Under the pieces are notes generated by a model. The model ran no database searches, had not been told where the DNA came from, and was given only the letters and a program-made list of their open reading frames with translations. The translations under genes and the position numbers were made by a program. A stretch of DNA of 64,000 nt from an uncultured Verrucomicrobiae bacterium (GTDB lineage: Bacteria > Verrucomicrobiota > Verrucomicrobiia > Limisphaerales > UBA8199). The DNA lies in the NCBI GenBank assembly GCA_963762555.1, contig CAVXLO010000032.1:22392-86391 (forward strand), written 5' to 3'. Below are positions 45,444 to 55,337 of this stretch, in pieces; positions within the stretch are counted from its first letter, which is position 1, and each line of letters starts with the position of its first letter.

Positions 45444-46874
45444 ATGGCTCAACGCATCGTCATTGACCCCGTGACCCGCATCGAGGGCCACGCCAAGATC
45501 AGCATTTTCATGGACGACGCCGGCAACGTGTCCGACGCCGAGTTCCACGTCGTCGAGTTCCGCGGGTTCGAGAAGTTCTGCGAGGGCCGGCCCTACAGCG
45601 AGATGCCCGGCATCACGCCGCGCATTTGCGGCATCTGCCCGGTCAGCCATCTGCTGGCCTCGGCCAAGGCGGGCGACGCCATCATGGCCGTCAACATCCC
45701 GCCCGCCGCCGACAAGCTGCGCCGGTTGATGAACCTCGGCCAGATGATCCAGAGCCACGCGCTGAGCTTCTTCCACCTGAGCGCGCCGGATTTCCTGCTC
45801 GGCTGGGACACGCCGCCGGCCAAGCGGAATGTGTTCGGGCTGATCGCCTCCAACGCCGACCTGGCCCGCGCCGGCATCCGCCTGCGCCAGTTCGGCCAGG
45901 AGATCATCCAGATGCTCGGCGGCCAGAAGATTCATCCCGCCTGGGCCGTGCCCGGCGGCGTGCGCAGCGCCTTGACCGAGGAAGGCCGCGCGCGCATTCG
46001 CGCCTGGCTGCCCGAAGCCTATGCCACGACCAAGACGGCCTTCGACCTCTTCAAGAAGGTGCTCGACACCCACAAGAAGGAAGTCCAGATCTTCGGCAAC
46101 TTCCCCTCCCTGTTCATGGGCCTGGTGGAGCCGGACGGCACCTGGGAACACCACGGCGGCAAGCTCCGCTTCACCGACAGCAGCGGCAGCATCATCGCCG
46201 ACCAACTCGACCCGCAGAAGTACTACGAGTACATCGGCGAGTCGGTGCAAACCTCCTCCTACCTCAAGTCGCCCTATTACAGCCCGCTGGGGTTCCCGGA
46301 CGGCATGTATCGCGTCGGGCCGCTCGCCCGGCTCAACGTCGCCGAGCAAATGGGCACGCCCAAGGCGGATGCCGAGTTGAAGAAGTTCAAGAAGCTCACG
46401 CGCGGGCGGAGCGCGGTGACCTCGTCCTTCCTGTATCACTACGCGCGGCTGATCGAAATCCTCGCCTCCATCGAGCGCGTGGAAGCCGCGCTGGACGACG
46501 CCGACCTGCTCAGCGAGGACCTGCGCGCCGACGCCGGCATCAACAGCCTCCGCGGCGTCGGCGTCAGCGAGGCCCCGCGCGGCACGCTGTTCCACGATTA
46601 CACCGTGGACCGCGACGGCCTGCTCAAGAAGGTCAACCTCATCGTCGCCACCGGCCAGAACAACCTGGCGATGAACCAGACCGTCGCCCAGATCGCGCGG
46701 CATTACATCCGCGGCGACAAGATTCCCGAGCCGATGCTCAACCGCGTCGAGCACGGCATCCGCTGCTACGACCCGTGCCTGAGCTGCTCCACGCACGCCG
46801 TCGGGCAGATGCCCCTGCACATCCGGCTTATCGGCCCGGACGGGACGGTCCTGAACGAGATCGCGCGTGGCTGA
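45444..46874 (+). CDS. hoxH: HoxH, [NiFe]-hydrogenase large subunit (group 3d-like), intact
   Basis: 476 aa: [19 protein letters not shown]... It has the N-terminal Ni-binding motif [10 protein letters not shown] and the C-terminal motif DPCLSCSTH. Confidence 0.9.
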   Translation: MAQRIVIDPVTRIEGHAKISIFMDDAGNVSDAEFHVVEFRGFEKFCEGRPYSEMPGITPRICGICPVSHLLASAKAGDAIMAVNIPPAADKLRRLMNLGQMIQSHALSFFHLSAPDFLLGWDTPPAKRNVFGLIASNADLARAGIRLRQFGQEIIQMLGGQKIHPAWAVPGGVRSALTEEGRARIRAWLPEAYATTKTAFDLFKKVLDTHKKEVQIFGNFPSLFMGLVEPDGTWEHHGGKLRFTDSSGSIIADQLDPQKYYEYIGESVQTSSYLKSPYYSPLGFPDGMYRVGPLARLNVAEQMGTPKADAELKKFKKLTRGRSAVTSSFLYHYARLIEILASIERVEAALDDADLLSEDLRADAGINSLRGVGVSEAPRGTLFHDYTVDRDGLLKKVNLIVATGQNNLAMNQTVAQIARHYIRGDKIPEPMLNRVEHGIRCYDPCLSCSTHAVGQMPLHIRLIGPDGTVLNEIARG

Positions 46875-46962
46875 GGCCGCTGGGTCTCAGAGAGCGAACA
46901 GTCCAGGCTCGCCGTAGTCCTGCCGTTACCCCGCCATCACCGCCATACGGTGCCAGGCATTT

Positions 46963-46988
46963 CCCTCTCTCTGCTCACGAGGAGAGGG
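46963..46988. terminator. GC hairpin of the CCCTCTC..GAGAGGG family between convergent hoxH and the GH172 gene (possible bidirectional terminator)
   Basis: ccctctct-ctgctcacga-ggagaggg lies ~90 nt after the hoxH stop and ~70 nt after the GH172 stop. There is no flanking T-run, so terminator function is inferred only. Confidence 0.3.
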
Positions 46989-47058
46989 AGCTGCGCCAAA
47001 GTCGTGGTGGTACTGGCAAGAAACGCCTTTATGCGGAATTCCGCAGAGGGGGGGCGTC

Positions 47059-48689
47059 TCAGTCGTAAAGTTTGGGGTCTTTGCGCCAGTCCTTGTCCTT
47101 GTCCCAACCGTATTCTGCCACGCGGGGACGGCGTTCGCGCAGGCGGACCGATTCGATGCCAAGGTAGTAGCCGGTGGATTGGTGATTCTTGCCCACACAT
47201 TCCAGCCGCAGCGTGTAGTGGCCCGGGCTCAGGCCAGAAGTCGAGCAGGTGAAACTCCTCATTGGCAACCTTGGCGGTGTAGAAATCCATCGGTTGACCG
47301 AGCTTCACGCCGTTGAGGAAGGCCTGGTATTGACCGAAGTCGGGAGCCTTGGTCATGTTCAACAGGAGCCGCAAAGGTTCCTTCTGTTTCACCTCGAACG
47401 GGACCTCCAGCCAGGCGCCCTCGGCCTCTTTGGGCTTGTAGAGCAGTTGCGGGCCGTCATAGAAATCGAGGCGCTGGGCGATGACCTCGCCCGGCGCCAT
47501 GGTGCTGGCTGTCGGCGAAGTCCCGGGCATAGGCCGTCACCCGTTCGAGGCTGGGGAGCTTGCGCTCCCGGGCGTCGGGTGCGCGCGCGGTGAAAGTCGG
47601 CTGGCCGGTCTGGTACCAGAAGGCGACGCTGGCATAATCGTCTTCGCGCTCGTTCCAGCTCATGGATCTGTGGTCGGGGTTTTCGTCGGGGGGAATCCAG
47701 CCGAAGTGCTCGAAGGTGACCTTGATGCCCTTGTTGAAGACGATGGGGTCGTTCAGGTGCCAGCGATAGGCACTGGTATGCCCGCCCACAATGCCCCACT
47801 GGTCAAAATAGGGCACGCCGAAGTAGGGGGTGCTGGATTGCTTCAAGCCCCAGGCGCAGAGGAAATAATCCTCCGTGCCGGTGCCCCAGATGGATGGCTT
47901 GGCCTCGCCGTCAATGTAAATCTTCTCATCCCCCTCGCCAAACCACGAGGGGCTGCGGGTGCGCACCGCCAGGACCGTCCCGACATAATGGCCCTTGCCC
48001 TTGGTGTCCAGCAGCACGTAATCCTTCCCATGCTCGACCGGATACTCCTGGCGGTATTGGGCGTAGAAATAGGGCGTGTCTTTGGGAATCTTGTCCTTCT
48101 TGATCCAGTCAATGTTGTAATAGAGCAGGCTGATGGGCTTGTCGCTCTGGTTGACGATCTCAATCCGGGCTGACTTCCGAAACGGCATCTGCCAAAAGCA
48201 GTTGTAGGCGTCCCCATCATCCACGATCACCGGCAAGCTCACCACCTCGCGGCGTTGGCCGAAGCAGTTCGCGAAGAAGTCGCCCACCGGCGCCTCGACT
48301 GCCGGCCGCGGATTGCCATCCCAATACATTCGCAAGAGCATTTCCTGGTGATTAGCCGAGCCTTGTTTGGCCCAGTTCTGCGGTTCCGGCCCAAGGAAGG
48401 TGATCCAGATATGGGTGATGACGCCGGGCCCCTTTTCATCCAGCAGCACGTGGGTTTGGCCCGGGGCAACGCGGAAGTTGTCCCAGTTGCTCTGCTCATC
48501 CAGATCGCCGCGCGGCTCGGCTTTGGGATTGAGCTTTTGTTCGCCTCCGCGACGCACCTCCCCGACGCGCATGGTGGAGGTGGCGCGCATGGAGCGGCCT
48601 TCTTGAGGTTTGGCGAGGTCATCCAATAGGCCGGCCTGGACCGAAGCCAGCATCGCCAAACCGAGCGGGAGTATGATTATTCGTTTCAT
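47059..48689 (-). CDS. DUF2961 / GH172-family glycoside hydrolase with a C-terminal beta domain (two frameshifts as assembled)
   Basis: MKRIIILPLGLAMLASVQA (signal peptide) ...GVITHIWITF...LRMYWDG...FWQMPFRKSARIEIVN...GEGDEKIYIDGE...IWGTGTEDYF...AYRWHL... These are typical DUF2961 blocks. Breaks near 47520 and 47230 link ORFs 47457..48689, 46937..47530 and 47059..47268. The gene ends ...HYTLRLECVGKNHQSTGYYLGIESVRL...KLYD*. Confidence 0.75.
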
Positions 48690-48796
48690 ATGCGGTCAAT
48701 CGAAGGGCTGGGTGTCGCATTCACTTCACTTCTGCGCGATTCTTCCCCAACCAGGGCACGGCGTCAATCCCGGGAGCAGTGTGCTCGCCGGACGGA

Positions 48797-48952
48797 GCGC
48801 AACTCACGTTATCGGCCCTGGCCCCTGGGAGCGCCGGCATCCCTGCCGGCACCTTGCAACATCGTCCGATTTGAGGTAAATGCCAAAGTGTTCCGCGAGA
48901 GCAGGCCGACAGGGATGTCGGCGCTCCCAGGGGCCGATAACGTGAGTTGCGC
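48797..48952. mobile_element. 156-bp MITE-like palindromic repeat, copy 1
   Basis: gcgcaactcacgttatcggccctgg..cctgggagcgccggcatccctgccggca ... cggcgctcccaggggccgataacgtgagttgcgc. It is nearly identical along its whole length to 60390..60544 and has ~50-nt terminal inverted repeats. Confidence 0.8.
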
Positions 48953-49065
48953 CCCCGCCGGACGAGCGTACCCTGGCGGTACCACCATTTGGACTGCGCC
49001 GGCAGAGCCTGCTCCTTACACGGATTCTCATTGTCTCGAATACTATCTGGATCAGAGAGGCCAAT

Positions 49066-49200
49066 TCCCCCTCACCCTACCCTCTCCCCAAGGAGAGGGA
49101 ACCCCGGGCTGCAGCGCTCGAAAGGTCCGAGCGCTTCAGGTTGGGCGACCGTCTGACGAGGGTGCTCCCTCTCCTTGGGGAGAGGGTAGGGTGAGGGGGA
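49066..49200. repeat. 135-bp inverted repeat whose arms each contain a CCCTCTCC..GGAGAGGG hairpin
   Basis: Left arm: cccctcaccctaccctctccccaaggagaggga. Right arm: tccctctccttggggagagggtagggtgaggggg. The central hairpin is gcgctcg-aaaggtc-cgagcgc. Confidence 0.8.
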
Positions 49201-49592
49201 ACGGGCTTGGCAATCCACAGGACCTATACCAGAGATACAGATCCGTGTAAGGAGCCGGCAATGTCGTGGCGTCGCGTAGCGAGGCACGGACTCGATGGCC
49301 GGCGCTCGCAGCCGGGCGGATCAAACGCCGCTACGCGACGCGATGACCACCCCCTGGCCGGCTACCCGCAAGACAGGAATTGGCCTATCTCGAGCAGGGG
49401 GAGAGCAAGGGGAAAGCTCTCTCCCCTGCCCGGCCAGAGCAACGTCCCTCTCAGCCTCTCACGTCTCGGCCACGGTCCTCGCCACACATCTTCATGCGTA
49501 TTTGCATCCCGGCTCAAGCTGCTAGCATGGTCAAGCCCGATGCCAGTGTTATGAGGGGCGGTCAAATGAATCGCTTGCAAACATGAAGGGCG

Positions 49593-50441
49593 ATGATGTC
49601 CTGTTCGACAGCACAGGTTGAGAAGACAATTGTCCGAAGTCATCGCAGCAACGTCGCGGCGGCTTTCACGCTTATCGAGTTGCTGGTGGTGATCGCGATC
49701 ATTGCCATCCTGGCGGCACTGCTCCTGCCGGCGCTGACCAAAGCCAAAGCCAAGGCCCAGCAGATCAACTGCGCCTCGAACATGAGGAATTGGTCACTTG
49801 CGCTGGTGATGTACACCGGCGATAACAACGACACGATTCCCTTCATGGCGGAATCCATTGGCACCCAACCCGACGGCACGCGTTACCCGTTTGCTTTTGA
49901 CCTCCTTGCGCCATACGTCGCCAAGAATACCGGGGGCAATTACAGCGCATCGTCCGTTTACAATTGGGCGGCGCGCAAATGCCCTGGCGGCAATTTCGGG
50001 CCGGAACCCTTTGGCAACAACACGGGACCGGACAACTGGAATTGTTGGATCGGGGTCAACTACGGGGGATATCAAACAGCCAAGAAACTTGGCGGCATGT
50101 TTTATTACCACGTTACGAGCTCCGGCGGGCTGAACCCCGCCTTGAAATGCGCGCGGATCAAGAAGCCTGCGGATGCGATGGCGTTCATGGATACTCTCTG
50201 GTACTATGTCTATTCCCCGGCCGAGTCGAATATGAAATTTGACGCGGACTCGGACGGAGATGGGATCAACGACTCCATGGCGCAATACAAGCCATTCAGC
50301 CATGGCCGGCCTACAGTGCATAATAACGGCGCTAACGTTGGGTTGCTGGATGGGCATATCGAGCGGGTCCCTTACAAGAAGCTGTGGAGAATTGACTCGT
50401 CGGGCAACGCGATCCACTCGTTCTGGTGGCTCGAAGATTGA
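49593..50441 (+). CDS. Prepilin-type N-terminal cleavage/methylation protein with DUF1559-like C-domain
   Basis: ...[52 protein letters not shown]... and ...[17 protein letters not shown]. This is the type IV pilin-like N-terminus plus the H-x-G-x-N...DG(H/S)V motif seen in Planctomycetes/Verrucomicrobia DUF1559 proteins. Confidence 0.8.
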   Translation: MMSCSTAQVEKTIVRSHRSNVAAAFTLIELLVVIAIIAILAALLLPALTKAKAKAQQINCASNMRNWSLALVMYTGDNNDTIPFMAESIGTQPDGTRYPFAFDLLAPYVAKNTGGNYSASSVYNWAARKCPGGNFGPEPFGNNTGPDNWNCWIGVNYGGYQTAKKLGGMFYYHVTSSGGLNPALKCARIKKPADAMAFMDTLWYYVYSPAESNMKFDADSDGDGINDSMAQYKPFSHGRPTVHNNGANVGLLDGHIERVPYKKLWRIDSSGNAIHSFWWLED

Positions 50442-50514
50442 GCTCCCGACGCGGGAAGAGCCGCGGCACAAAGTCCCCCGCGCGGCGCTCAGTACATTCG
50501 GGAGCGAGAAGAGC

Positions 50515-50900
50515 CCATTCCTTTCAGTTCATGAACCGTGGCGACCCATCTTCGTCTGCCTCCGGCGAGGAAAGCCTGGTGGAAGGCCATTTTCCTGGAC
50601 GACCGTGACCGTGAGCTGGAAGTGTGGTGCCTAGGGTGCGAGGAGTTCCGGCAGGAACTCCTGGCCCAGGCGAGCGAATTGGCTGTTCGGGAGCACCGGC
50701 GGGGAAGACATCCCCCGGTCGGCGCAGCAGAAGGCAGAGCGGATTGTGCAGGAGGAGTTGGGGAAGTTCGGGTGGGGCGTGCCAGATGAACCTGCGATAG
50801 TCAGTGCCGGCAAAAGTGGGCCTTTTGGCGAGGTCTGAAGAAAGGCCGACAGCAGGCAACGGGATGGAAGCAACGCTGCACAAGTGCCTGGCAATCTAAG
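50515..50900 (+). pseudogene. Decayed, internally deleted IS200/RAYT-like (Y1 HUH) transposase remnant
   Basis: Across shifting frames I read HSFQFMNRGD (compare YHVMNRG), then ...AIFLDDRDREL (the conserved IF.DD.DR..F block), which joins directly to EEFRQELLAQASE...EH.G...RSAQQKAERIVQEELGKFGWG, resembling the C-terminal half of these proteins. The HUH/Y catalytic core between them is missing. The family assignment is from memory. Confidence 0.4.
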
Positions 50901-50994
50901 ACTTGTGTCATCCATAGGCAAAGTCGTGGAGATAGGTTGTTCTGGTAACCCCCGGATGTCCGATGCTCGACCACTCCGGGGTCTGTCTTGCACT

Positions 50995-51169
50995 GTGACC
51001 AGGTAGTGACCATGTAGTCACCAGGTAGTGACCATGTAGTCACCAGGTAGTGACCATGTAGTGACCAGGTAGTGACCAGGTAGTAGAGCTACTACATGGT
51101 CACTACCTGGTCACTACATGGTCACTACATGGTCACTACCTGGTGACTACATGGTCACTACCTGGTCAC
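50995..51169. repeat. 175-bp palindrome built from 11-bp tandem units (8 units, 10-nt centre, 7 inverted units)
   Basis: Left arm: gtgaccaggta gtgaccatgta gtcaccaggta gtgaccatgta gtcaccaggta gtgaccatgta gtgaccaggta gtgaccaggta. Centre: gtagagctac. Right arm: tacatggtcac tacctggtcac tacatggtcac tacatggtcac tacctggtgac tacatggtcac tacctggtcac. The outer four units (44 bp) of the two arms are perfectly complementary. Confidence 0.95.
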
Positions 51170-51496
51170 AGGGGGATAGAGGGGCGCGTGCCGGTCAGGG
51201 GCGTCTCGGAAGAGAATGCCCCGAACCCTCTCCCAAAAACGGGAGACTGCTTGCGATTGCCCCTCCCGATCCCCAACGGAGAATGCCGATTAGGGGCGGG
51301 TGCCCGCTACCCACCCCTTCTTCCCGCCAGTGGCAACTGGGGAAATAATCAATGCAATTGCCAGAAACGCCGCAAGCTATGGGTTCACCCGTTTATTGCG
51401 TCAGGGGCCGAGCGGGTCCTACAGCATAAATGAGAAGCGAACCCCAAATCGCTAGCTCGCATCCGGTATGGAGTCGGCGGGGTGGAACTCACAGCT

Positions 51497-52396
51497 TCAG
51501 GTGGAACCCCGGCGGCTGGCGGGAGGGTCCCCGGTGTATCGGCGGAAGACGGTGCTGAAATACTGGCTGGAGTTGAAGCCCGCGGCCAGGGCGACCTCGG
51601 TGATGGTGCGACGCGGATCTTTCAGCAGCTCCATGGCCTTCTCGATGCGCATTCGTTGCAGGCAGTCGTTCGGCGTGAGCCCCAGTTCCGATCTGAACAA
51701 CTGGAACACGCGCGCGCGGCTGAAGCCGAGATGCTGCACCAGGTCGGGGATGCGGACTGGCTCCGCACAATGCTGGCGCAGGTACTCAACCCCGGCGGCG
51801 ACGATCTCCTTCGGCCCCCCGGGCCGGACCGACATCTGGCGCGAGGCCTCCAGCACTATGGCGCAGACCAGCGTGCGCAGGGCCGCGTCCGCGTCCAGCC
51901 GGCGCGGCTCTTCCCAATACGCCGCGATTTCCTCCTTCAGCCAGCGCAGCAACCAGCGGAGGGCCGGGCTGACCGGGCGCATGGTAAAAGCGGAACTCTG
52001 AAGCAAGGACTGGATCCGGGCCAGGTCCGGGCCGGTGAACGGCGTGCCCTGGGCGGCATGCCGGTGGCCGGGGTTCAGAGCCAGACCGCAAATCGTCGCG
52101 GGAGCCCGCACGCCGTGAGCGCCTCGATGCTCAGCCCGGGGCGGGACCACCAGGAAATGGCCGCCGTGCAGCTCGACGGTGTGCCGCCGCTTGAATTCGT
52201 AGGCCGTGGCGCCCTCCAGCACCAAGAGCAGCTCATAGCTCGCATGCGAATGCCAGGAAATGTGGCTGGCGCGGTGGATGGCAACCATGCCGGCATACGC
52301 GAGCAGCGGCAGTCCGATGCTCGTGCCGGGGATTTGCTCCGGGACATTCAGGAGCGGCATGTTCAAAATTGTATCGTGGACTATATCGCAAGACAA
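51497..52396 (-). CDS. AraC-family transcriptional regulator (cupin plus HTH)
   Basis: 299 aa. The C-terminus is ...IPDLVQHLGFSRARVFQLFRSELGLTPNDCLQRMRIEKAMELLKDPRRTITEVALAAGFNSSQYFSTVFRRYTG. The gene is divergent from the sugar-acid cluster. Confidence 0.85.
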   Translation of the reverse strand: MSCDIVHDTILNMPLLNVPEQIPGTSIGLPLLAYAGMVAIHRASHISWHSHASYELLLVLEGATAYEFKRRHTVELHGGHFLVVPPRAEHRGAHGVRAPATICGLALNPGHRHAAQGTPFTGPDLARIQSLLQSSAFTMRPVSPALRWLLRWLKEEIAAYWEEPRRLDADAALRTLVCAIVLEASRQMSVRPGGPKEIVAAGVEYLRQHCAEPVRIPDLVQHLGFSRARVFQLFRSELGLTPNDCLQRMRIEKAMELLKDPRRTITEVALAAGFNSSQYFSTVFRRYTGDPPASRRGST

Positions 52397-52475
52397 CTCT
52401 GGGATAGGCTGCGAATCTAGGCGCGAATGAGCCGGGTGGCTGCCGCTATAAGCGCAATTAAACTAAATAGAATAT

Positions 52476-52653
52476 ATGAAGAAATGTGCAGCAGTGTTAA
52501 CGCTGGTCGTCGCAGGCGCAAACCAACTCGCTGAGCGCTGGCCTGACCACCACCTGGGCCGGAACGGATATCCCGGGAACCGATTTGGTTACCTCGACCG
52601 ACAATCCCATCAGCCTCGACAATGCCGCGGTGTTCTTCCGCCTGCGCCAGTAA
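52476..52653 (+). CDS. Possible ~58-aa secreted mini-protein ending in the FFRLRQ module (needs one frameshift)
   Basis: MKKCAAVLTLVVAGA (signal-like), then one frame over TNSLSAGLTTTWAGTDIPGTDLVTSTDNPISLDNAAVFFRLRQ*. This is weak evidence. Confidence 0.2.
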
Positions 52654-52766
52654 CGACCGGTTGAGAGACCGAACATCGGCTTTGGGTTCGCCCAGAATTG
52701 ACGCTCCAGCGAAGGTCACCGATCCTCTTTTTGCCGCGCCGGCCTGCCATGGGGCGGCGCGGGCTT

Positions 52767-54100
52767 ATGAAGCAGCTTAAACTAATCTTGCTTGGCCGTA
52801 ATTCGGAGCCGCGGGCCCTCCGAGCCCGGAGGCTGGGAATATTCCTGCTCGTCGCCGCGCTGGCGGCGGGCGCGGTCCGCGCCGCCGCGCCGCTCGGGAG
52901 CGTGCCCGGCACCGTAATTGCCGCGAGTTCGAACGCGAGCACGGTGTTTCTTGGTTCGCCCAGCCTGGCGATTTTACCCGGGGGCGCTTACGCCGCCAGC
53001 TACGACATCGGAGGGAAAGAATCCGCGCGCCGGCCACACGGCGATCTGCGCCTCGAGCGACCGCGGCAAGAACTGGACGCAGCTTGCGGAGCTGACCGCC
53101 CAGCACTGGAGCAACGCTCTTCACGCACCGGGACGCGCTCTGGCTGATCGGCGTGTCAACGAAAGGCGGCCACATCCAGCTCCGCCGCTCGACCGACGGC
53201 GGGCGCACGTGGACCGCGCCGGCGGATGGAAAATCCGGATTGCTGGCCACGGATGGCAAATTTCATTGCGGTCCAACGCCGGTCATTGTCCACGCGGGGC
53301 GGGTGTGGCGCGCGTTCGAGGAATTCGCGCCGACGGGCAACGCCCGCATATTTCGCGCATTCATGCTCTCCGCGCCCGCCGACGCCGACCTGCTGGACGC
53401 GGCAAGCTGGACTCGCAGCAGCGCGATTGCGTGCCAGGCGCGAGTGGCTCAACGTCCGAACCCCGTCGTGGCTCGAGGGCAACGCGGTTGTCACTCCGTC
53501 CGGAGCTATGGTGGATATCCTGCGGGTCGAATCGCATCAGGCTGCCGGCGGCGAGCCGGGAATTGCCCGGGTGCGAGCCCGGAACATCCCGCGCTTTGAG
53601 GCGGCGGCGATGCTGGAGATCTCGGCGGACGGCCGCGAGGCGCACTTCGAGCCCGCCCGCGGGTTTATCCATTTCATCGGCGGCGAATCGAAGTTCACGA
53701 TCCGTTTCGATCCGGTCTCCCGCCGTTACTGGAGCCTGGCCAACAAGATCACCAACCGCCGGTCCGGGGAACGATTGGGAACACAGCCCGCATCACCAGC
53801 GCAATGTCATCGCGCTTGACGTCATCTGCCGATCTGCGCGACTGGCAGGAACACTACCGTCTCCTGCGCTACGCCGAAGGCTCTATGGTGGTGAAAGCCG
53901 GCTCGCGGGTCGGTTTTCAATACCTCGACTGGCAGTTCGACGGCGATGATATCATCGCGGTATGCCGCACGTCGTGGGACGGCATAAACTATCACGACGC
54001 CAACTACATCACCTTTCACCGCCTCAAGCATTTCCGCACCCTCACCCTGGCTGACTCGCCGCCGGACCTGGCCGGCGGAGCTGCCAAATCAGACACCGGA
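52767..54100 (+). CDS. BNR/Asp-box sialidase-like glycosidase, heavily frameshifted as assembled (at least 5 breaks); 3' end uncertain
   Basis: Joined reading: MKQLKLILL...LVAALAAGAVRAAAPLGSVPGTVIAASS...YDIGGKES / ...GHTAICASSDRGKNWTQLAELTAQHWS / TLFTHRDALWLIGVSTKGGHIQLRRSTDGGRTWTAPADG...RVWRAFEEF... / ...WLEGNAVVTPSGAMVDILRVES...FIGGESKFTIRFDPVSRRYWSLANKITN / ...HQRNVIAL / SSADLRDWQEHYRLL...FQYLDWQFDGDDIIAVCRTSWDG... It has two Asp-boxes (SSDRGKNW and STDGGRTW). Confidence 0.55.
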
Positions 54101-54107
54101 GCGATTC

Positions 54108-55337
54108 ATGGACCGCATTACCAAGAGCTGTTCGACCTACGCATGGATCGTATTGGCGCTGCTGTGGCCGGTGGCGATGTTGAATTATCTCGACCGGCAG
54201 ATGGTTTCCACCGTGCGCGCCTCGATCCGCGCGGACATTCCGAGCATCGCCAACGACGAGCAGTTCGGGATCCTGATGGCGGTCTTCATGTGGGTGTATG
54301 CGTTTCTAAGTCCCATCGGTGGTTACATCGCGGACAAGTTCAACCGCCGTTGGACGGTCATCGGGAGCCTGGGCGTCTGGTCGCTGGTCACGTGGCTGAC
54401 CGGCCATGCGACGACCTACGGGCAGATGCTCACGTACCGGGCGGCGATGGGGATCAGCGAAGCGTTCTACATTCCGGCGGCATTGGCGCTCATTGCGGAT
54501 TTTCACTCGGGCCGCACGCGCGCCAAAGCCATCGGCATTCATCAAACGGGGATTTACGTCGGCCTCGCGCTCGGCGGCATCGGCGGCTACATCGCCGACC
54601 TGAGCTCCTGGCGGAATTGCTTCACCTGGTGCGGCGGGGCGGGGGTCCTTTATGCGATCGTGCTGATGCTGACGTTGCGCGATGCGGAACCGCAGGACTC
54701 ACCCGAACAAAAAAGGACCGTGACAGTCATCGAAACACTGCGTGCGCTCTGGACCCAGCCGGCATTTTGGATTCTCGTGGTTTACTTCACGCTGCCGGCC
54801 ATCGCCGGCTGGATGGCGAAGAACTGGCTGCCGACGTTTCTGGCGGACCGGTTCAATCTCAAGCAGGGCCCGGCGGGGTTGTCGGCCACCGGCTACATCC
54901 AACTGGCCTCGCTGGGCGGAGTGCTGCTCGGCGGGGTGGTGGCCGACTGGTGGAGGCGCGCCACGGTCCGCGGGCTGATCTACACCAGCGCGCTCGGGGT
55001 GCTGCTGCTGGTGCCGGCGTTGCTGGGGCTCGGCTATGCGTGGAGCCTGGGGGCGGCCATCGCCTTCATGCTCTTGTTCGGCCTGGGCTGGGGATTCTTC
55101 GACTGCAATAACATGCCGATCCTGTGCCAGATTGCGCGCCCCGAACATCGCGCCACGGGCTACGGCTTCATGAATCTCGTGAGCATCAGCGTCGGCGCCG
55201 TCGCCACGGTCGCCCTGGGCTGGATGCGCGATCGCGGCATCACCTTTTCAATCGCGTTCGCGGCGGCCGCGGCGGTGGCATTGGTGAGCGCCGCGCTGAT
55301 CTTATTGGTGAAACCGAAAGCGGGAAATGTTGAATGA
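54108..55337 (+). CDS. MFS transporter (anionic sugar / sugar-acid type)
   Basis: 409 aa with multiple TM helices: ...WPVAMLNYLDRQMVSTVRASI...PIGGYIADKFNRRWTV...YRAAMGISEAFYIPAALALIADFH... Confidence 0.8.
   Translation: MDRITKSCSTYAWIVLALLWPVAMLNYLDRQMVSTVRASIRADIPSIANDEQFGILMAVFMWVYAFLSPIGGYIADKFNRRWTVIGSLGVWSLVTWLTGHATTYGQMLTYRAAMGISEAFYIPAALALIADFHSGRTRAKAIGIHQTGIYVGLALGGIGGYIADLSSWRNCFTWCGGAGVLYAIVLMLTLRDAEPQDSPEQKRTVTVIETLRALWTQPAFWILVVYFTLPAIAGWMAKNWLPTFLADRFNLKQGPAGLSATGYIQLASLGGVLLGGVVADWWRRATVRGLIYTSALGVLLLVPALLGLGYAWSLGAAIAFMLLFGLGWGFFDCNNMPILCQIARPEHRATGYGFMNLVSISVGAVATVALGWMRDRGITFSIAFAAAAAVALVSAALILLVKPKAGNVE

Noticed and set aside
45330-47068. A 496-aa minus-strand ORF and a 480-aa alternative plus-frame ORF overlapping hoxH.
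   Set aside because: Both are Arg/Pro/Ala-rich shadows. The 45444..46874 frame carries the canonical [NiFe] large-subunit motifs.
50995-51169. Possible CRISPR array (regular short repeats).
   Set aside because: The units are 11 bp and contiguous, with no spacers. The two halves are inverted copies of each other, and no cas genes are nearby. It is a tandem-repeat palindrome, not a CRISPR array.
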